Positions 49,306 through 60,737 are shown, counted from the stretch's first letter. The stretch is 64,000 bases of DNA from Deferribacterales bacterium (GCA_050251945.1 JBFWLW010000002.1:160001-224000), one strand, 5' to 3'. Program-made: numbers and translations. Notes: generated by a model not told the origin, from the letters alone.

Positions 49306-50189
49306 CTCTGTTTATGTGTGCCGTACTCATCGCGGCTCCCGCATTCGCGAAGATGAAGGTCTTCGTATCCATCGCTCCCCAGAAATATTTCGTTGAGCAG
49401 ATAGCAAAGGACAAGGCGGACGTTTTCGTTCTCGTCCCCGCCGGTTCAAGCCCCCACTCATACGAACCCAAACCCAAACAGATGACCGAACTGGCTCAGT
49501 CGTCCATATATTTCTCAATCAGCGATCCGTCAGAACAGGCATGGCTTAAAAAGATAGCCGGAGTGAACAAAAATCTCAAAATAGTCGCCACAGACAAAGG
49601 CATCAAAAAACGTCAGATGGCTGAACACCATCACCACGGCGAGGATGAAGGCGAAGAGGAACACGGACACGAACACCATGATCATGCTGATCACGACGAC
49701 CACGAAGGGATGGCAGATCCGCACATATGGCTTGACCCAGTACTTGTAATGGCACAGGCAAAGAATATAGCCGCCGCTCTTTCACAGGCGGACCCCATTA
49801 ACAAAAATTTCTATGCCGCAAACCTGAACGGTTTCACAAACAATCTCAGAGTGCTTGACCAGCAAATATCAAGAATTACTCAGGCGTCAAAGAATAAAAA
49901 ATTCATGGTATTCCACCCTTCATGGGGCTATTTCGCCGACAGATATAAGCTGACACAGGTATCCGTGGAAATAGACGGCAAGTCACCCAAGCCTGCGGAG
50001 CTTGCGAAACTGATTGACACCGCGAAACATGAAAAACTGAAAACAATATTCGCACAGCCTCAGTTTTCTAAGAAAGAGGTTGAGACCATCGCCAAAGAAA
50101 CAGGCGCAAGGGTTGTAATGATAGATCCGCTGTCCGCCGACTGGGAAAACAATATGCTTAACGTGGCGAAAGCCATAGCAGGACAATAA
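49293..50189 (+). CDS. znuA: Zinc ABC transporter substrate-binding protein (ZnuA-like)
   Basis: PHSYEP, His/Glu-rich loop, DPHIWLDP and HPSWGYF motifs. Confidence 0.88.
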   Translation: MRKLALFMCAVLIAAPAFAKMKVFVSIAPQKYFVEQIAKDKADVFVLVPAGSSPHSYEPKPKQMTELAQSSIYFSISDPSEQAWLKKIAGVNKNLKIVATDKGIKKRQMAEHHHHGEDEGEEEHGHEHHDHADHDDHEGMADPHIWLDPVLVMAQAKNIAAALSQADPINKNFYAANLNGFTNNLRVLDQQISRITQASKNKKFMVFHPSWGYFADRYKLTQVSVEIDGKSPKPAELAKLIDTAKHEKLKTIFAQPQFSKKEVETIAKETGARVVMIDPLSADWENNMLNVAKAIAGQ

Positions 50190-50215
50190 AACAAAGGCGG
50201 GTCACTGACCCGCCT

Positions 50216-50356
50216 CAGGTTGTTGACAAACTAAATTTACACAGACTCACGTTAGACTGCTTCGGGTTAAAACCCTCGCAGAGACGTTTTTTTGTCTTCG
50301 CGAGGAGCGCATGCGACGACGTGATCTCGCATTTTCCTGACTTTGTAATCAGTCTG
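50216..50356. mobile_element. MITE-like element (141 bp) carrying a REP doublet, flanked by a perfect 21-bp duplicated hairpin
   Basis: aggcgggtcactgacccgcct at 50195-50215 and 50357-50377; ends caggttgttgacaaa / tttgtaatcagtctg. Confidence 0.8.
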
Positions 50357-50377
50357 AGGCGGGTCACTGACCCGCCT

Positions 50378-51322
50378 CTATTTTATAAAATAGAAATTAA
50401 TTCCTTCCATATCCCTTATCTCAAGCAGTTCCGCCGGAATCCCGGCTAAAACAGCCTCGACATCCGCTTTCGGCACACCGAACACCATAGAGATGTCCGC
50501 CACACTGCACGGGCGCATACTGATAAGTCTTTCAAGCTCCGCACGTGTCATGCTTCCGCCTGAAAAATCCTTTATATAGTTGCTCACGGGTTCAACCCTT
50601 ATGCCTCTTTGTGACAGAAACAGCGCCGCTTCCAGCAAAAATGAGCTTCCCACAGCCTTTGCAGAAGAGAACGCGGGCGGGCGATGCACTGTGTTGAGCT
50701 GAACCTTCTCGTACCGGCATCTTTTTATTATGTCTGCGATCTTCCCAAGCTCCTCAAAGTTGTCGTTTATCCCTTCACAAAGCAGTATCTCTATGAGCAG
50801 TCTGCCCCGATATTCGTTCGAGAACGTCACGACAGCCTCATTCACGTCCTCAATGTTAAGAGAAGGATGGGGAATACATATCATCCTGAAAGTATCCTGT
50901 GTCGCTGCATCAATACTTGGAACAACAACGTCCGCCGCCATTAACTCCTCGCGAACCTGCGGATCGGTGAAAAGTGTGCTGTTTGTCAGTACACCCACCG
51001 GAACACTGCTTATCTGTTTAATTCTGCGTATCAGATAACCAAGATCTGAACATAGGGTCGGCTCTCCTGAGCCTGTCAAAGTAACTATATCAAGCCCATG
51101 CTCAAGCGATGGATAACATTGGCTAAATTCATTTATTATCTCTTCAGGATCGCTAAAACGCTGTCTCATAATTGAGCATTGCGTGGTTCGTCCCACTTCG
51201 CAGTATATACAGTTGAGTGAACATACTTTCGAGGGAACTATGTCAATCCCCAGTGAACGCCCCAACCTCCTTGATGGTACAGGACCAAACAAAAATCTGT
51301 ATCCGCCGGATTTAACATACAT
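50378..51322 (-). CDS. Radical SAM protein
   Basis: FGPVPSRRLGRSLG, CSLNCIYC and GSGEPTL motifs. Confidence 0.9.
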   Translation of the reverse strand: MYVKSGGYRFLFGPVPSRRLGRSLGIDIVPSKVCSLNCIYCEVGRTTQCSIMRQRFSDPEEIINEFSQCYPSLEHGLDIVTLTGSGEPTLCSDLGYLIRRIKQISSVPVGVLTNSTLFTDPQVREELMAADVVVPSIDAATQDTFRMICIPHPSLNIEDVNEAVVTFSNEYRGRLLIEILLCEGINDNFEELGKIADIIKRCRYEKVQLNTVHRPPAFSSAKAVGSSFLLEAALFLSQRGIRVEPVSNYIKDFSGGSMTRAELERLISMRPCSVADISMVFGVPKADVEAVLAGIPAELLEIRDMEGINFYFIK

Positions 51323-51436
51323 ATCTTTTCACCCTGTTTTAGACAAAAGTTTAATTTTATTGTAATACTACTGTGCAAAAACACAATAATGAGTTTATAA
51401 TGTACCTATATAGAAAACCGTTTCAGGAGGTCTGTG

Positions 51437-52549
51437 ATGAGTCTTAAAGAAGTCCTGCGAACCTGCGGAGTCAGCAGAAGAGAATTTCTGCAATACTGCA
51501 CCGCAGTCAGCGCCACACTTGCGCTGCCGCAGACATTCGCTCCGCAGATTGCCGAGGCTCTCGAAAACGAAGATGGCCGTCCGTCTGTTGTATGGCTGGA
51601 GTTTCAGAGCTGCTCAGGTGATTCAGAAGCGATTCTGCGTTCGGGTCGTCCGAAAATTGGAGAAATAGTGCTTGATGTCCTTTCCGTGGATTACATGGAA
51701 GTTATTATGGCGGCATCAGGGCATCTTGCCGAGGAAGCAAAAGAACAGGCAATGGAAAAAAATATGGGCAAATACCTGCTCGTCATAGAGGGTGCAATAC
51801 CAGTCGATGACGACGGCGTATACTGCTGCATAGCCGGCGATTCCGCCGTTAACCACCTCAAAAAGGCTGCCGCAGGCGCTGCGGCTGTCATAGCTGTGGG
51901 CAACTGCGCATCATTCGGTGGCATACCCGCCGGACACCCCAATCCGACGGGAGCAAAAGGCGTGCAGGACGTTGTCAGCGGGAAACCTGTTGTAAACCTG
52001 CCCGGCTGCCCCTGCAATGCGGATAACATCACCGCTCTGGTGGTGCATTATCTAGTGTTCGGAGATCTTCCCGCTGTCGACAGACATCTCCGCCCGAAAT
52101 TCGCATTCGGTAAAAGAATACACGACAACTGCGAACGCAGAGGTCATTTCGATGCCGGACAATATGTCGACGCATGGGGCGACGATGCCCACAAAAAAGG
52201 CTGGTGCCTTTACAAAATGGGCTGCAAAGGTCCCGAAACATTCCACAACTGCCCCACTATACGTTATAACGACGGAATCAGCTGGCCTGTAATGGCAGGT
52301 CACGGCTGTGTCGGCTGTTCAGAACCGGGCTTTATGGATACTATGGCGCCGTTCTATCAGCGCCTCCCCAATATTCCGGGATTTGGTGTTGAATCTCAGG
52401 CAACCAAGATCGGCATTAAACTCGCCGGTGCCGTCGCCGCGGTATTCGCGGTTCACGGCATTGTCAATTTGATACGTAACAAAGGCATGGTCAAAACGGT
52501 CGAATCCGAACACCTTGACCATGATAAAACGGAAGAAGGGGGCAAATAA
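51437..52549 (+). CDS. Group 1 [NiFe]-hydrogenase small subunit (Tat-exported, C-terminal TM helix)
   Basis: SRREFLQ, PGCP, HDNC and CLYKMGCKGP motifs. Confidence 0.93.
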   Translation: MSLKEVLRTCGVSRREFLQYCTAVSATLALPQTFAPQIAEALENEDGRPSVVWLEFQSCSGDSEAILRSGRPKIGEIVLDVLSVDYMEVIMAASGHLAEEAKEQAMEKNMGKYLLVIEGAIPVDDDGVYCCIAGDSAVNHLKKAAAGAAAVIAVGNCASFGGIPAGHPNPTGAKGVQDVVSGKPVVNLPGCPCNADNITALVVHYLVFGDLPAVDRHLRPKFAFGKRIHDNCERRGHFDAGQYVDAWGDDAHKKGWCLYKMGCKGPETFHNCPTIRYNDGISWPVMAGHGCVGCSEPGFMDTMAPFYQRLPNIPGFGVESQATKIGIKLAGAVAAVFAVHGIVNLIRNKGMVKTVESEHLDHDKTEEGGK

Positions 52550-54249
52550 TGTCTGACAGGATAGTCGTAGACCCGATCACCAGAATCGAGGGTCACCTGC
52601 GCATTGAGGCAACGGTTGAAAACGGCGTTATCACAAACGCATTTTCAAGCGGAACGATGTTCAGAGGTATTGAAAAAATCCTTCAGGGCAGAGACCCCAG
52701 AGATGCGTGGTACATCACACAGAGATTCTGCGGTGTCTGCACCACGGTACACGCAATAGCATCCATCCGCGCCGTTGAAAACGCACTGGACATCCACGTG
52801 CCTTACAACGCGGAACTGATGCGCAACATAATAATGGGTTCCCAGTGCGTACAGGATCACGTTATACATTTTTATCACCTGCACGCTCTGGACTGGGTGG
52901 ACATAACTTCCGCCCTTAAGGCAGACCCTGCGAAAACAGCACAGCTTCAGCAGTCCATTTCCGACTGGAAATACAGCAGTGAGGCATATTTCAAATCTGT
53001 AAAGGACAAGCTCACAGCCTTTGTGAACACCGGAAAACTCGGTCCCTTCGCAAACGCATACTGGGGACACAGCGCATATAAACTGCCGCCGGAAGCAAAC
53101 CTGATGGCAGCGGCGCACTACCTTCAGGCGCTTGAAATACAGAAAGAAATTATCAAGATACACGCCGTTCTCGGTTCAAAAAACCCCCACCCGCAGACTT
53201 TCCTTGTGGGCGGAATGGCGCTCCCCATAGACCCAAACAGCCAGAACGGGCTTAACGCCGACCGCATCGCCATGATCAAGGAATACAACAACATAGCGAA
53301 GGAATTCGTTGAAAAAGTGTATATACCCGACGTGCTTGCGGTTGCACCCTTTTATCTGGACTGGGCAGGCATCGGCGCCGGTCATAAAAACTATATGTCA
53401 TACGGCGAATACCCGGAGACAAACAAGGGATATCCGAACGACATGTGGCTCCCGTCCGGTATAATCATGGGCGGCGACCTCTCCAATATAATGGAAGTCG
53501 ACCAGACGAAAATAGCCGAAGACACAGCCCACTCATGGTATGTAGACAAAGACGCAAAACACCCATATGAGGGAGCAAGCGAAAAGCGCTACACAGGTCC
53601 TAAGCTGCCTTATCAGTTCCTTGAAGTCGAAAAGGACTACTCGTATGTAAAATCACCCCGCTACAACGGAGTACCTATGGAAGTGGGACCTCTGGCAAGG
53701 GTGCTTATCGCATACGCCAAGGGACACAAAGAGATAAAACCCGTTGTGGATTCAGTGCTGGCGAAACTTGGCGCGGGTCCCGAAGCGCTGTTCTCAACGC
53801 TGGGACGAACAGCCGCAAGAGCCATCGAAACGCTTGTCATTGTCAACCGTATTGACAAATGGATAGCCGACCTTTCCGATAACATCCGCGCAGGGGATTA
53901 TTCAACCCACGCAGGTGAAAAATGGGAACCCGCCTCATGGCCTAAAAAGACTATGGGCTATGGATGGCACGAAGCACCCAGAGGTGCGCTCGGTCACTGG
54001 ATAGTGATTGAGGACGGAAAGATAAAGAATTATCAGGCTGTCGTTCCATCAACTTGGAACGCAGGTCCCATGGATAAGGGAGACATCCACGGTCCCTATG
54101 AGCAGTCCCTTATCGGAACACCCATAGCAGACCCGAACAAACCCCTTGAAATACTCAGAACCATCCACTCGTTCGACCCGTGTCTCGCATGCGCAGTACA
54201 CCTTACGGACGAAAAGGGGATTGAGATAACGAAAGTTCAGGTACTTTAG
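52549..54249 (+). CDS. Group 1 [NiFe]-hydrogenase large subunit
   Basis: L1 QRFCGVCTTVH and L2 DPCLACAVH motifs, with C-terminal cleavable tail. Confidence 0.95.
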   Translation: MSDRIVVDPITRIEGHLRIEATVENGVITNAFSSGTMFRGIEKILQGRDPRDAWYITQRFCGVCTTVHAIASIRAVENALDIHVPYNAELMRNIIMGSQCVQDHVIHFYHLHALDWVDITSALKADPAKTAQLQQSISDWKYSSEAYFKSVKDKLTAFVNTGKLGPFANAYWGHSAYKLPPEANLMAAAHYLQALEIQKEIIKIHAVLGSKNPHPQTFLVGGMALPIDPNSQNGLNADRIAMIKEYNNIAKEFVEKVYIPDVLAVAPFYLDWAGIGAGHKNYMSYGEYPETNKGYPNDMWLPSGIIMGGDLSNIMEVDQTKIAEDTAHSWYVDKDAKHPYEGASEKRYTGPKLPYQFLEVEKDYSYVKSPRYNGVPMEVGPLARVLIAYAKGHKEIKPVVDSVLAKLGAGPEALFSTLGRTAARAIETLVIVNRIDKWIADLSDNIRAGDYSTHAGEKWEPASWPKKTMGYGWHEAPRGALGHWIVIEDGKIKNYQAVVPSTWNAGPMDKGDIHGPYEQSLIGTPIADPNKPLEILRTIHSFDPCLACAVHLTDEKGIEITKVQVL

Positions 54250-54281
54250 AAAGAAAAAGAAGGCAGACCCTAAGGTCTGCC

Positions 54282-54423
54282 CAGACTGATGACAAAATCA
54301 GTAAAATGCTAGATCGCGTCGTCGCATGCGCTCCTCGCGAAGACGTAAATTGCTGTCATTGCGAGGAAGCTGTAGGCTAACGCGGCAATCTCATTAACTT
54401 TTAATAAGTTTGTCAACAATCAG
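54282..54423. mobile_element. MITE-like element (~142 bp) carrying a REP doublet, flanked by a perfect 23-bp duplicated hairpin
   Basis: gaaggcagaccctaaggtctgcc at 54259-54281 and 54425-54447; ends cagactgatgacaaa / tttgtcaacaatcag. Confidence 0.8.
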
Positions 54424-54435
54424 CGAAGGCAGACC

Positions 54436-54813
54436 CTAAGGTCTGCCTTCGCTTTTATCAGGTTGTAACACGCATACGCGTGATCTTGTTATAAAGTGAC
54501 TGTCCTCTCCGGCGGGCAGTGAGAACCCCTCCGGGTACCCTTCACCGACATCCAGTATCAGCTGGGTGTGCTTCCAAACTTCATACTGACGAAAATCAAT
54601 ATAGAATGGACACCCGCCGACTTCTCCGAGGAGAACATCATTTTCGCTTATGATGAATTCGTCTTTACCGAAGCACATGGGCAGACTGCCGTCGCAGCAT
54701 CCGCCGGACTGGTAGAACATGATAGTTTCATACTCCTCCAGAAGTTTTTTTATTGCCTCAAGAGCTGCAGGTGTGGCGACAACCGCTGATTCACCTGTTG
54801 GCGTTTTCATCAT
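54436..54813 (-). CDS. DUF779 family protein
   Basis: QSGGCCDGS and WKHTQLILDV motifs; downstream of an aldehyde dehydrogenase. Confidence 0.85.
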   Translation of the reverse strand: MMKTPTGESAVVATPAALEAIKKLLEEYETIMFYQSGGCCDGSLPMCFGKDEFIISENDVLLGEVGGCPFYIDFRQYEVWKHTQLILDVGEGYPEGFSLPAGEDSHFITRSRVCVLQPDKSEGRP

Positions 54814-54825
54814 GACACCTCTTTT

Positions 54826-56352
54826 TTAAAAGAATCCCAGAGCATTCGGACTGTAGCTGACCAGAAGGTTTTTGGTCTGCGTGTAATGCTCAAGCATCAT
54901 AAGGTGGTTTTCCCTTCCGACGCCGGATATTTTATATCCGCCGAAAGCTGCGCCTGCGGGATACATGTGGTAACAGTTGGTCCAGACGCGTCCTGCTTTG
55001 ATAGCGCGACCCATGCGGTATGCGAGGCTTCCGTTTCTTGTCCAGACGCCTGCGCCGAGACCGTAAAGAGTGTCGTTTGCGATGCTGAGGGCTTCCGCTT
55101 CGTCTTTAAACGTTGTAACGGCAAGCACCGGACCGAATATCTCTTCCTGGAACACCCGCATTTTGTTGTTTCCTTTCAGCACTGTCGGCTCGAAATAGTA
55201 TCCTTCGGCGAACTCTCCGCCAATTGCGTTTCGCTTACCGCCGATGAGACACTGTGCGCCTTCCTGTTTGCCGATATCAACATAGCCGCTGATCTTTTCT
55301 ATCTGCTGTTTGGAGACCTGCGGTCCTATCATGGTTGCTGTATCCAGAGGGTTGCCCTGAACTATTTTTTCTATGCGTTTGAGGCAACGCTCCATGAATT
55401 TATCGTAAATTGATTCCTGAATGAGCGCACGGGAGGGACAAGTACAAACCTCGCCCTTGTTGAAAGCGTAGAGAACAAGCCCTTCAACCGCTTTGTCAAG
55501 GAATGCGTCGTCTGCATCCATAACGTCTTCAAAAAAGATGTTGGGGGATTTTCCGCCGAGTTCAGTTGTGGAGGGGATAAGGTTCTGCGCTGCATACTGC
55601 ATTATCAGTCGACCTGTGGTGGTCTCTCCGGTGAAGCCTATCTTCGCGATACGCGGGCTTGTGGCAAGCGCCTTGCCTATCTCTCCGCCGGGGCCGGTGA
55701 TAACGTTTATTACGCCGGGAGGTACGACGCCCTGAATAACTTCCATGAGTTTAAGGATTGACCATGGGGTCGGGGATGCCGGTTTAAGAACGGTACAGTT
55801 TCCTGCCGCCAGAGCGGGGGCTATCTTCCATGCCGCCATGAGCAGAGGAAAGTTGAAAGGAATTATCTGTCCGACAACGCCAAGCGGTTCGTGGAAATGG
55901 TATGCAACTGTATCTTTATCAATTTCTGTTAACGTCCCTTCAAGAGATCTTGTGGCACCCGCAAAATAGCGGAAGTGATCCACTGCCAAAGGAATATCCG
56001 CCGCCAGTGTTTCGCGCACGGGTTTTCCGTTTTCCCAGCTTTCCGCAACGGCGAGCATTTCAAGGTTCGCCTCTATTGCGTCGGCTATTTTGTTAAGCAC
56101 TGCGGCTCTCTCCGCAAGCGATGCCGAACCCCATGCGTCCTTTGCCTTGTGGGCGGCATCAAGAGCCAGATCGACATCTGCTGCCGATGATTTGGCTACT
56201 TCGCAAAAGGGTTTCCCTGTGGACGGGCTGATGTTGGGCATATACTGCCCGCTCAAAGGCGCAACCCAGTCACCGCCGATAAAGTTATCGTAGCGCGGTT
56301 TTAGTGATACAATACTTCCTGCCTTTCCAGGTGCTTCGTAAATCTTTCCCAT
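54826..56352 (-). CDS. Aldehyde dehydrogenase (AldB/ExaC acetaldehyde dehydrogenase-like)
   Basis: ELGGKSP, GEVCTC and EEIFGP motifs. Confidence 0.92.
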   Translation of the reverse strand: MGKIYEAPGKAGSIVSLKPRYDNFIGGDWVAPLSGQYMPNISPSTGKPFCEVAKSSAADVDLALDAAHKAKDAWGSASLAERAAVLNKIADAIEANLEMLAVAESWENGKPVRETLAADIPLAVDHFRYFAGATRSLEGTLTEIDKDTVAYHFHEPLGVVGQIIPFNFPLLMAAWKIAPALAAGNCTVLKPASPTPWSILKLMEVIQGVVPPGVINVITGPGGEIGKALATSPRIAKIGFTGETTTGRLIMQYAAQNLIPSTTELGGKSPNIFFEDVMDADDAFLDKAVEGLVLYAFNKGEVCTCPSRALIQESIYDKFMERCLKRIEKIVQGNPLDTATMIGPQVSKQQIEKISGYVDIGKQEGAQCLIGGKRNAIGGEFAEGYYFEPTVLKGNNKMRVFQEEIFGPVLAVTTFKDEAEALSIANDTLYGLGAGVWTRNGSLAYRMGRAIKAGRVWTNCYHMYPAGAAFGGYKISGVGRENHLMMLEHYTQTKNLLVSYSPNALGFF

Positions 56353-56691
56353 TGCTACCTCCATAGCTGTTGATACAAGATTTTTTTTGCCAGAGGCTCT
56401 GCCTCTCCGGAAATTCTTTAAGAAGTGTATTCAGACAAATTCAGTCTGAATGCATCTATTATAATAATAGCCCCGTATGTCAAAGCGTCAAGCCAATGAA
56501 GGCAGGTTATTTCCAAAACGGAACCATTATATATACTATGTATTATATACCCGTTAGAACACTCAACAATCGTTTAGTTCAAAAAAGTATAACGCACCCT
56601 TTTTATTTATATTTCAGCCTTCCTTTCATTGACTATATCCATACGCTGTAGTATCGTGAAAAGTAATTTTCTCTAAAATGAAGGTGCTTAT

Positions 56692-57843
56692 ATGCTGAAA
56701 AAATACCTCATGGCTCCCGGACCGACACCCGTTCCCGAAAGAGTGCTTCTGGAAATGGCGAAGCCTATGATACACCACAGAACAGACGAATTTTCAAAAA
56801 CCTTTGCCCAGTCAGCAAACGGGCTTAAAAAGGTATTCAATACAAAAAATGAGGTTCTGATGCTCGCCGGAAGCGGTACGGCCGCTATGGAAGCCGCCAT
56901 CATCAATACCCTGAACCCCGGCGACAAGGTTCTGGTCATTGATGCGGGTAAATTCGGACAGCGCTGGAAGAACATATCAAAAACCTTCGGCATGGACGTT
57001 CATGTCATAGAACTTGAATGGGGCTCATCAGTTGACCCCGCGCAAGTTGAAAGCTTCCTCACAGCGAATCCCGACACAAAAGCCGTCATGATTCAGGGAA
57101 GCGAAACGTCAACCACCGCTTACCACCCTATTAAAGAGATAGCGAAGATAATCGCAACAAAAGACGACACTATATTTATAGTGGACGGTATCACATCCAT
57201 CGGCGTTCACGAAACAATGATGGACAAATGGGGCATAGACATCGCCGTTACAGGCTCTCAGAAAGCCTTTATGCTGCCCCCCGGTCTTGCCTTCATCGCA
57301 CTCAGCGACAAGGCTTGGAAATTCTGCGAAAAAGCAACAATACCAAGATATTACCTCGACCTTAAGCGTGAGCTGAAATCACAGCGCGAGGCAACAACGG
57401 CATACACCCCCGCTGTCACCATCATCAACGGACTTAAAGTCGTTCTGGACATGATGGAGGAAGAGGGACTTGCAAACGTATACAAACGTCATCAGATAAA
57501 CGGCGACGCAACAAGAGCCGCTGTTCAGGCGATGGGCTTTAAGCTTCTGCCCACTGGCACACCTTCAAACGCGGCGACAGGCTTTTATCTGCCGGAAGGC
57601 TTTGAAGGCGGTAAATTCGTGAAATTCATGCGTGAAAAGGTCGGCATAACCTACGCAGGCGGTCAGGATCACCTTAAAGGCAAAATCGTCCGCATCTCCC
57701 ACCTCGGCTACCATGACGCTTTCGACACAATAGTCGCAATAAGCGGTCTTGAAATGGGGCTGGCGAAATTCGGCGTTAAGTTCGATATGGGCGCGGGCGT
57801 TAAAGCGGCGCAGGAAATACTGAAAAACTACATCGGTGAATAA
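56692..57843 (+). CDS. Class V PLP aminotransferase (alanine-glyoxylate/serine-pyruvate family)
   Basis: PGPT, SGTAAMEA and GSQKAFMLPPG motifs. Confidence 0.9.
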   Translation: MLKKYLMAPGPTPVPERVLLEMAKPMIHHRTDEFSKTFAQSANGLKKVFNTKNEVLMLAGSGTAAMEAAIINTLNPGDKVLVIDAGKFGQRWKNISKTFGMDVHVIELEWGSSVDPAQVESFLTANPDTKAVMIQGSETSTTAYHPIKEIAKIIATKDDTIFIVDGITSIGVHETMMDKWGIDIAVTGSQKAFMLPPGLAFIALSDKAWKFCEKATIPRYYLDLKRELKSQREATTAYTPAVTIINGLKVVLDMMEEEGLANVYKRHQINGDATRAAVQAMGFKLLPTGTPSNAATGFYLPEGFEGGKFVKFMREKVGITYAGGQDHLKGKIVRISHLGYHDAFDTIVAISGLEMGLAKFGVKFDMGAGVKAAQEILKNYIGE

Positions 57844-58968
57844 ATGGTACGCAATATGATGCCGAACTCCGCGGGAAACATAGCCCCCGGCAGATCGGTC
57901 AAAATGAACCGCATAGAAAAGACAATAAAAGAAGTAGTCAAATCATACGGGTATATGGATATTTTCCTGCCCATCTATGAATATTACGACATGCTTAAAG
58001 ACACCATGCACAACTTCCGCGACGAAAACATAATCCGTTTTATAGACCGCAACACCGGAAAATCTCTGGTTCTGCGTCCGGATTTCACACCGCAGGTGGC
58101 AAGATATTTCGCAAACTATATGAACGATTTCCCTCTTCCTATCCGCCTTTCCTACAATGGGCGGGTGTTCCGCAACGTCGATCTGGACAAGGGCGTTAAG
58201 TCCGAAAAACTTCAGGTGGGCGCGGAGCTGTTCGGCAACAGCAGACTGGAAGCCGACACGGAAATGCTCCTTATGGCGAAGCGCGTTTTTGAAAAGCTTA
58301 ACATCGAAGGATGCAAATACGTCTTCGGTCACAGCAGTTTCACCCGCAGAGCGCTGGAACTGGCGGGCGGGCATAAAGCCGAATATCACAAACACCTCGC
58401 TGCCAAGAACATAACCGCCGTGGCGCAACTGTTCAAAGGCGACAACGACCCTGAAAAATTTCTCAGACATCTGCCTAAGGCTTTCGGCGGCATCGAAACC
58501 GTGCGGGAACTGGCAGAAAAATGCCGGTTCGACAGCGAGCTGGCGGAGAGCGTGGACTACATAGTCACACTTTTCAAACGGCTTATATCTCTCGGACTGG
58601 ATGCAAAATCACTTGTGTTCGATGCATCCGAATCGGCAGGGCTTGAATATTACACAGGTATCACACTCAGCGTCCTCCACGCGAAAATAGGCGAAAGCCT
58701 CGCTGTTGGCGGGCGTTACGATAATCTTACAGAAAACTTCGGCAGAAAGGCGTGCGCATGCGGCATGGTCTTCTTTGTTGAAGAGATTTACAGCGTTGAC
58801 GAATCCGACATGAGCCTGAAAGAGATAGACTGGCTCGTTGTCGGCAGAGAAAACTTCAGCAGATGCGAAGAACTCAGAGACAAAGGACTCTCCGTATTTT
58901 ATGCCGAGGACGAAAAGTCCAAGGCTGAACTTGAGATCAGTTACAATTTCTTAAATACACTTTCGTGA
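57844..58968 (+). CDS. hisZ: ATP phosphoribosyltransferase regulatory subunit
   Basis: LRPDFT, QVGAE, YYTG and GGRYD motifs; upstream of purA. Confidence 0.85.
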   Translation: MVRNMMPNSAGNIAPGRSVKMNRIEKTIKEVVKSYGYMDIFLPIYEYYDMLKDTMHNFRDENIIRFIDRNTGKSLVLRPDFTPQVARYFANYMNDFPLPIRLSYNGRVFRNVDLDKGVKSEKLQVGAELFGNSRLEADTEMLLMAKRVFEKLNIEGCKYVFGHSSFTRRALELAGGHKAEYHKHLAAKNITAVAQLFKGDNDPEKFLRHLPKAFGGIETVRELAEKCRFDSELAESVDYIVTLFKRLISLGLDAKSLVFDASESAGLEYYTGITLSVLHAKIGESLAVGGRYDNLTENFGRKACACGMVFFVEEIYSVDESDMSLKEIDWLVVGRENFSRCEELRDKGLSVFYAEDEKSKAELEISYNFLNTLS

Positions 58969-60264
<1,296 letters not shown>

Positions 60265-60274
60265 TAAAAAGTAG

Positions 60275-60303
60275 TTGACATCAATTTATCACTTTGGTAT
60301 AAC
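60275..60303 (+). promoter_or_regulatory. Sigma-70 promoter of the tRNA cluster
   Basis: TTGACA-N17-TATAAC. Confidence 0.75.
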
Positions 60304-60359
60304 CTACCTCTCGCGTGGGTGACCAACGAAAGCCCAAACGGGAAAAACTAAAGTGATAC

Positions 60360-60432
60360 GAGCCATTAGCTCAGTTGGTAGAGCAATTGCCTTTTAAGCA
60401 ATGGGTCGTTGGTTCAAGTCCAACATGGCTCA
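60360..60432 (+). tRNA. tRNA-Lys (TTT), no encoded CCA
   Basis: Acceptor GAGCCAT/ATGGCTC; anticodon arm attgc-CTTTTAA-gcaat; GTTCAA T-loop. Confidence 0.95.
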
Positions 60433-60440
60433 CTTTAAAT

Positions 60441-60515
60441 GTCTCCATCGTCTAGCCCGGCCTAGGACATCGGCCTTTCACGCCGACGACAGGGGTTCGA
60501 ATCCCCTTGGAGACG
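60441..60515 (+). tRNA. tRNA-Glu (TTC), no encoded CCA
   Basis: Acceptor GTCTCCA/TGGAGAC; anticodon arm tcggc-CTTTCAC-gccga. Confidence 0.95.
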
Positions 60516-60564
60516 TTTTAAACGAAAATTTTCCATTGACGGAAAATTTTTGCAAAGTATAATC

Positions 60565-60637
60565 GGGTGGTTAGCTCAGCTGGGAGAGCATCGGCCTTAC
60601 AAGCCGAGGGTCGCAGGTTCGATCCCTGCACTACCCA
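60565..60637 (+). tRNA. tRNA-Val (TAC), no encoded CCA
   Basis: Acceptor GGGTGGT/ACTACCC; anticodon arm tcggc-CTTACAA-gccga. Confidence 0.95.
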
Positions 60638-60648
60638 TTTTTTTAACA

Positions 60649-60722
60649 GGGGGCGTAGTTCAGTTGGTTAGAACGCTGGCCTGTCACGTCAGAGGTCGAG
60701 GGTTCGAGTCCCTTCGTCCCCG
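60649..60722 (+). tRNA. tRNA-Asp (GTC), no encoded CCA
   Basis: Acceptor GGGGGCG/CGTCCCC; anticodon arm ctggc-CTGTCAC-gtcag. Confidence 0.95.
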
Positions 60723-60737
60723 TCCTGTTAAAAAGCG

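Noticed and set aside
56370..56651. 93-aa ORF and a sigma-54-like TGGC site upstream of the aldehyde dehydrogenase
   Set aside because: The ORF has no RBS or motif in a divergent promoter region; the GG-N10-GC spacing is not met.
60536..60563. TTGACG-N16-TATAAT promoter-like sequence before tRNA-Val
   Set aside because: The -10 ends 1 nt before the tRNA, so transcription would start inside it; the region also forms an aaaatttttcc/ggaaaattttt hairpin, more likely a processing stem.
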